A stretch of 64,000 nt of DNA, taken from contig NC_134026.1 of the NCBI RefSeq assembly GCF_964204645.1, positions 7,649,950 through 7,713,949 of the forward strand, written 5' to 3'. The stretch is from Tubulanus polymorphus. Lineage: Eukaryota; Animalia; Nemertea. Below the pieces are notes generated by a model. That model did not search any database. It worked only from the letters and a program-made list of their open reading frames with translations, and had not been told where the DNA came from. This document shows, piece after piece, positions 22,441 through 64,000 of this stretch; position 1 is the first letter of the stretch; each line of letters begins with the position of its first letter. The position numbers and the translations under genes were made by a program.

Positions 22441-24454
22441 TTCTGTATCCACCTCCTCTCTCTTGCTCTCAGATCAGATTATCTTTCAATTCTACATAGA
22501 AATTCATGCGCGTATATTTCATATTTCAAACGTTAAGCGAAAAACAAAAATCGATCGATGAACGTCATATTCACATGAGACTGGAAACTTTTCAGTAAAA
22601 CGGAGCTAATGATTTTGGGTGTGACTCGAAATGCGACCTGTACGCCAGTTTCTCCTGATGTTGCTGATCTTTTTTTCAAATTCTGAAAATTGCTTGGCTT
22701 GCATTAATCGGTATAGTATTATACGTAGACTGACACAACGAGGCACGTGTGTCTTCATAGTCTGATGTTCACGGATAGTTTTGAATTGATATATTTTTCC
22801 CGTGTAGTCCTAATTGCATTCAATTCGCAACCGTCCTGGTTATTGTTCAACACGTGGTCGGGTTTGATCATGAATGAAAAAACGAGGTTTGGATAATTAG
22901 ATATAGCCCACACCCATCAGCAGCATCGCCGACTATGTTGCGTATACTGCTGATACAAGCTCAAATGATTCCACAAAAAAACTCGAATTTTAGCTGACTC
23001 GAAATTTGTAGGGATCAGTTGAATGTGCGCTTTCAGAAATATTTTTAAATATACGTGTATGTAAATTGCTTCATTGATTTTATATAAATATTAAGTTGGT
23101 AAAATGTACGTGAGCAGAGAAAAGAGAGTGACTCGAAGGCGGCGCAAATGAATGAGAAAGAGTGAGAGAGGGAAAGAGGGCAAAGCAAAGTAGAGAGACC
23201 TGAGGGAGAGCATGGACATATATAAATCAGTTTACACGTCCACGGGTAGAGTTAGACAGTAAGAGGAAGAGAGGAGAGATGAGTGTGAGATTCTGAGATA
23301 GGGAGAGAGGGAAAGAAAAAGAGTGCTTGGGCATAATGGAGATGAGCCGACCAGGGGGTGCGATATAAACAACAAGTGGGCCTAAACCACGTCAGTAAAG
23401 CCAGGCGACGAAGGCTCGAAGTTTTGATGCGAGGTTTGACTTCAATATCTAGTATACTCTGATCAGAAAACATCGAAACACTGAATACAAAATATAAAAG
23501 TTTCATTATTTTACTGTGTGACACTTTGCAGTCGTCTCGGGGGAAAAATAGCGAATAGATCGACCGTTTTTTTAGGGACAATCTTTTCATTGGTTAAATT
23601 GTGCACCTTTTCTTTAGGGAGAGGGGGGGGGTGACGTACATTTTGCGCTGGAGAGAGTACGCGGAAGACGAAACCTAGGATAAGATGCATAGCTTACTGA
23701 AAGTCAACCCTTTCCGCATAAAAAAAAAATTGATCGGTCCAAAACATACGTAATCAATGATTCCGTTCAATCTAAAAACACGCATTTTTCGATTTCCAGG
23801 TGAATATCTATGAAATGAATTCATACCCAGAGGCTAGAAATATACGATATCGCTATAAATTGATACAAATTACTACCGAATTCTGTGTGTGTGTGTGATT
23901 TATCATTCTTTGACAAATTGCGCCGAAAACTTTTTACACATAACAATTTACTCGCTATTCGCAGTGGGTGCGGTCTGTCTTTAAATCGTTTGAGTTTCAG
24001 CAATAATTTGCGATATATACAAGTTTTCGATCCAAGATCTCGTAAATACATTACGTATCTAAATATATCAAAACCCACGACATGTTTTTGAACTGTAGAT
24101 GAAAGTTTAGGAGGACTACGCCTTAAGAAATAGAGAATAAAATGTTATCAAATGAAACAAAATTGTGTTAAATTGATTCTATGATCAAAAAGTCAATTTA
24201 TATTTTTTTATTTTTTTATTTATATTTATATTTATATTTTTTTTATTTGACATCTAATCCACGGTCACCTGAAGATGGAAGCAGCTACAGTTCAACCGTA
24301 GCAAGGCTTCGTTGTGTAATTCGCCCCAGTTGCTGCATTATGATTGCAAGAGGAAGTGTTGTAATCCATTGGCCCCAGTTATACAGTCGTTACGTACGTC
24401 TGCAAGTGGTCTTGAAATTTAAGATGTTTGATTTGCTAAAAAACATAATAACCT

Positions 24455-24800
24455 TAAACTGGTCTTACAAATGTGAGCTTAGCCTGGCCTTAAGTATTTA
24501 GATTGACAGAACCTGAATGAGCATAGACTGGTCTTACGTTGTTAGATTGGCTAATAGAACCAAAATGAGCTGTCTGGTCTTAATGCGTTAGATTAGTTAT
24601 ATATGCAATCCAAAATGAGCTTAGACTGGTCTTACATCAATTGTTACATTGACTATAGAACATAGATGGCTATATAAAACCAAAATGTGCTTAGACTGGT
24701 CTATAAGTTGTTAGAATGACAGTAGAACATAGATCCTTGCCTTATACTGGAGTTACGTAAATTGTTAGATCCAAGTTAAGATCTATGTTGGCTATAGAAA
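24455..24800. repeat. Degenerate ~45-bp minisatellite
   Basis: Recurring ttagactggtctta...gttagattg.ctatagaaccaaaatgagc units. Confidence 0.65.
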
Positions 24801-26194
24801 TGAGAGACTGTGACTTGTGACTGTGCAACCCGTTTTCTATTCAGCAGGAGTTACCAGCATGTAACTGGTGTGTTTTCCTTGATGACGAAAGTTTTTCAGG
24901 CTTTTAGAAAATTCAATAAATCAATGGAAATCTATGATATATACATGTATGCATATATACAGATCAGCAAAGTGTTTTCTGTACCGATATAACAGCAAAT
25001 CAATAATGTTAAATTGATTGATGTTCGGTTTGATTTCGTATTTACGGAATGATAAACACAGTTTTATTCTAGACGTTAAATCAAGGATAAAAATAGATCT
25101 GATGAAACGACGACTTTCACGTGATACCACGTGACCTGGACGAATAAAATTCAAATAAAATCGATAATAAAGATTTGTGACATACGTGCGTAGAATGATT
25201 AAATTTCTTGTATTTGCAGGTGATTTATTGTTTTCATTGTTATTTGAAACTGGACCCAGAACTGTGGAACTGAGTTCAGATCTGTGGATTTGGATCTTGG
25301 TTGATTCAACAACCCCAGCCGGTGTTTATATAATTTCCTCCTTCGTTTGCGCGTTATTCCTCTTTTGCTTTTCCTTATTGTCTTTCCTCCTCTCCTTTCC
25401 TCGCTGAAACAACGACTCCAAATAAGACGCAGATTTTACTGTACAAAATTTTATTTACTTTTTTACTTAAATAAGAATCCAGAATTTTAGGCATCGAATT
25501 TTATTCAATATTTAATTCTTCATCTACTACGCGTTTCATATTGAGACTGTGGACTCCTTATATCAATTTGAAATACATCATTTTTCATAATTAATGACAT
25601 GAAAATTAACACATGTAGAACTGAGGGATTTATGTACAGACCATGCGAACTTGAACCCTGACTGATTGCTGTGATTGTTCAGACGCTATTTCTGATAATT
25701 TTGATATTTTTAGATTCTCGTCTTCAAGACGAGGGAGAAAGAGTAAGATTTTCAAAGCGAGATTATCGTGGTTTACTTTATTGGTGACAGAGTTATTCAT
25801 AAACCCTGGTTTAGTAACAATGAAACATAACATTCATTCAGCATTTAGCTCCGGAGTAATTGTAACTATTGAATTACTCCGAGATTAAATTTAATATATT
25901 AATTGTATAATGTATGTGAACAAACGTTACCAAGACGTTTCAAATTATTAACTGTGTCAAAGACAGCAACATGAAATAAAGACTATATGTATATATAGGT
26001 CGTAGTTGGGTTCGAGTCCCGACTTTTTGACTGAATCCACTTTTTTACAATATTCAATGTAACTATGGCTCAAAGAAACAGTGTTCATTTTTTGCGGTAC
26101 ACTTTTTACGATAATTATTTACAGTCAATAAAACATAATTCTCTTTCACAGTAACTCGAGGTCTGGGGATACCCGTCTATAGAGACACCCGTGT

Positions 26195-26575
26195 CTCACA
26201 CAGTGTCGCCAACCTATCCGCAGCGAATGTAGCAGTCACAATGTCACCACCTATCCACGCGTGAAGCAGTCATAGTATCGCCACCTATTAGCGAGTGTAG
26301 CAGTCACAGTGTCGCCACCTTTCAGCGCGTGTAGCAGTCACAGTGTCGCCACCTATTCGAGAGTGTAGCAGTCACAGTGTCGCCACCTATCCATCGAAAG
26401 TTACAGTTTACACACTTATGCGCGGATGTCGTGGTGAGAGTCCACGGATGCGTTACGACAATTTAGAGTCGCCACCTATCGCTGAGAGTGACAGTGTCGC
26501 CACCTACCCACGAATGTCGACCAGAGTGACAGTGTCGCCACCTGTAATCACGGAGAGTGACAGTGTCGTCACATA
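26195..26575. repeat. ~33-bp minisatellite in the AP-2 3'UTR
   Basis: About 10 copies of (gtgtagcagtc)acagtgtcgccacctat. Confidence 0.85.
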
Positions 26576-26665
26576 GCTCCAATAATTCAGACTTGCACAT
26601 ACAAATTACGAAATACGAAATGAATTCTGGCACCATTCACGTTTCAGGAAAACCGCGCAGGATTT

Positions 26666-63659
<36,994 letters not shown>

Positions 63660-64000
63660 CTGTAAAATAGACAGAACAAAAATAAAGATATGATATTTTG
63701 TAGACGACAATAAACAGTGTTAAATGTGAGTCACAGGACAGTCAGAAAACAATGAGTCAAATATTGTTGGAAATTCGCGGCAACAATGAAAAACGACCGC
63801 GTAAAAAATCTTAACCTTACGTTATCACAAAAACCGAACAGTTGAAATAATCAAAAATCTTTTTGATAACTAATTTGATCCTGTTTGTGGCGGAGATCTG
63901 AGATGATGGAATAATCCTGTAAGATGAAACTATAACGGCAGTGATGGCACAGCTTCCAGTGAGTGAAGGAGCAGGCGGTTGAATTATTGGCCGTTTATCA

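Noticed and set aside
21768-22561. ORFs with LS/PS/RE repeats
   Set aside because: Translations of a CT microsatellite.
26195-26575. CRISPR-like repeat/spacer appearance
   Set aside because: The spacers are short and related to each other, the context is a eukaryotic 3'UTR, and there are no cas genes. It is a minisatellite.

Overview
Eukaryotic, AT-rich animal genomic DNA with GT-AG introns, probably from a spiralian/lophotrochozoan invertebrate (inference). It has three zones. (1) 1-16.7 kb: a tandem array of five intronless rhodopsin-class GPCR genes on the + strand (three intact, one with a nonsense codon, one with a C-terminal frameshift). Degenerate TM5-TM7 receptor fragments sit between them, along with duplicated copies of the last two exons of thymidine phosphorylase (two intact exon pairs and one decayed exon), several MITEs and a 5'-truncated LINE. 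(2) 17.3-21.1 kb: a gene of 7 coding exons for a secreted ~561-aa mucin-like protein with six 4-Cys modules, reconstructed by hand from splice phases; its last intron holds a near-perfect 69-bp-arm hairpin. (3) 26.7-63.7 kb: transcription factor AP-2 on the - strand, six coding exons matching vertebrate exons 2-7, with exon 1 beyond the window. Its large introns hold a tRNA-Gln(CTG), a half tRNA-Gln(TTG), a (CAG)~35 tract, minisatellites and many AP-2 consensus sites. No database searches were run; all family calls come from motif recognition.
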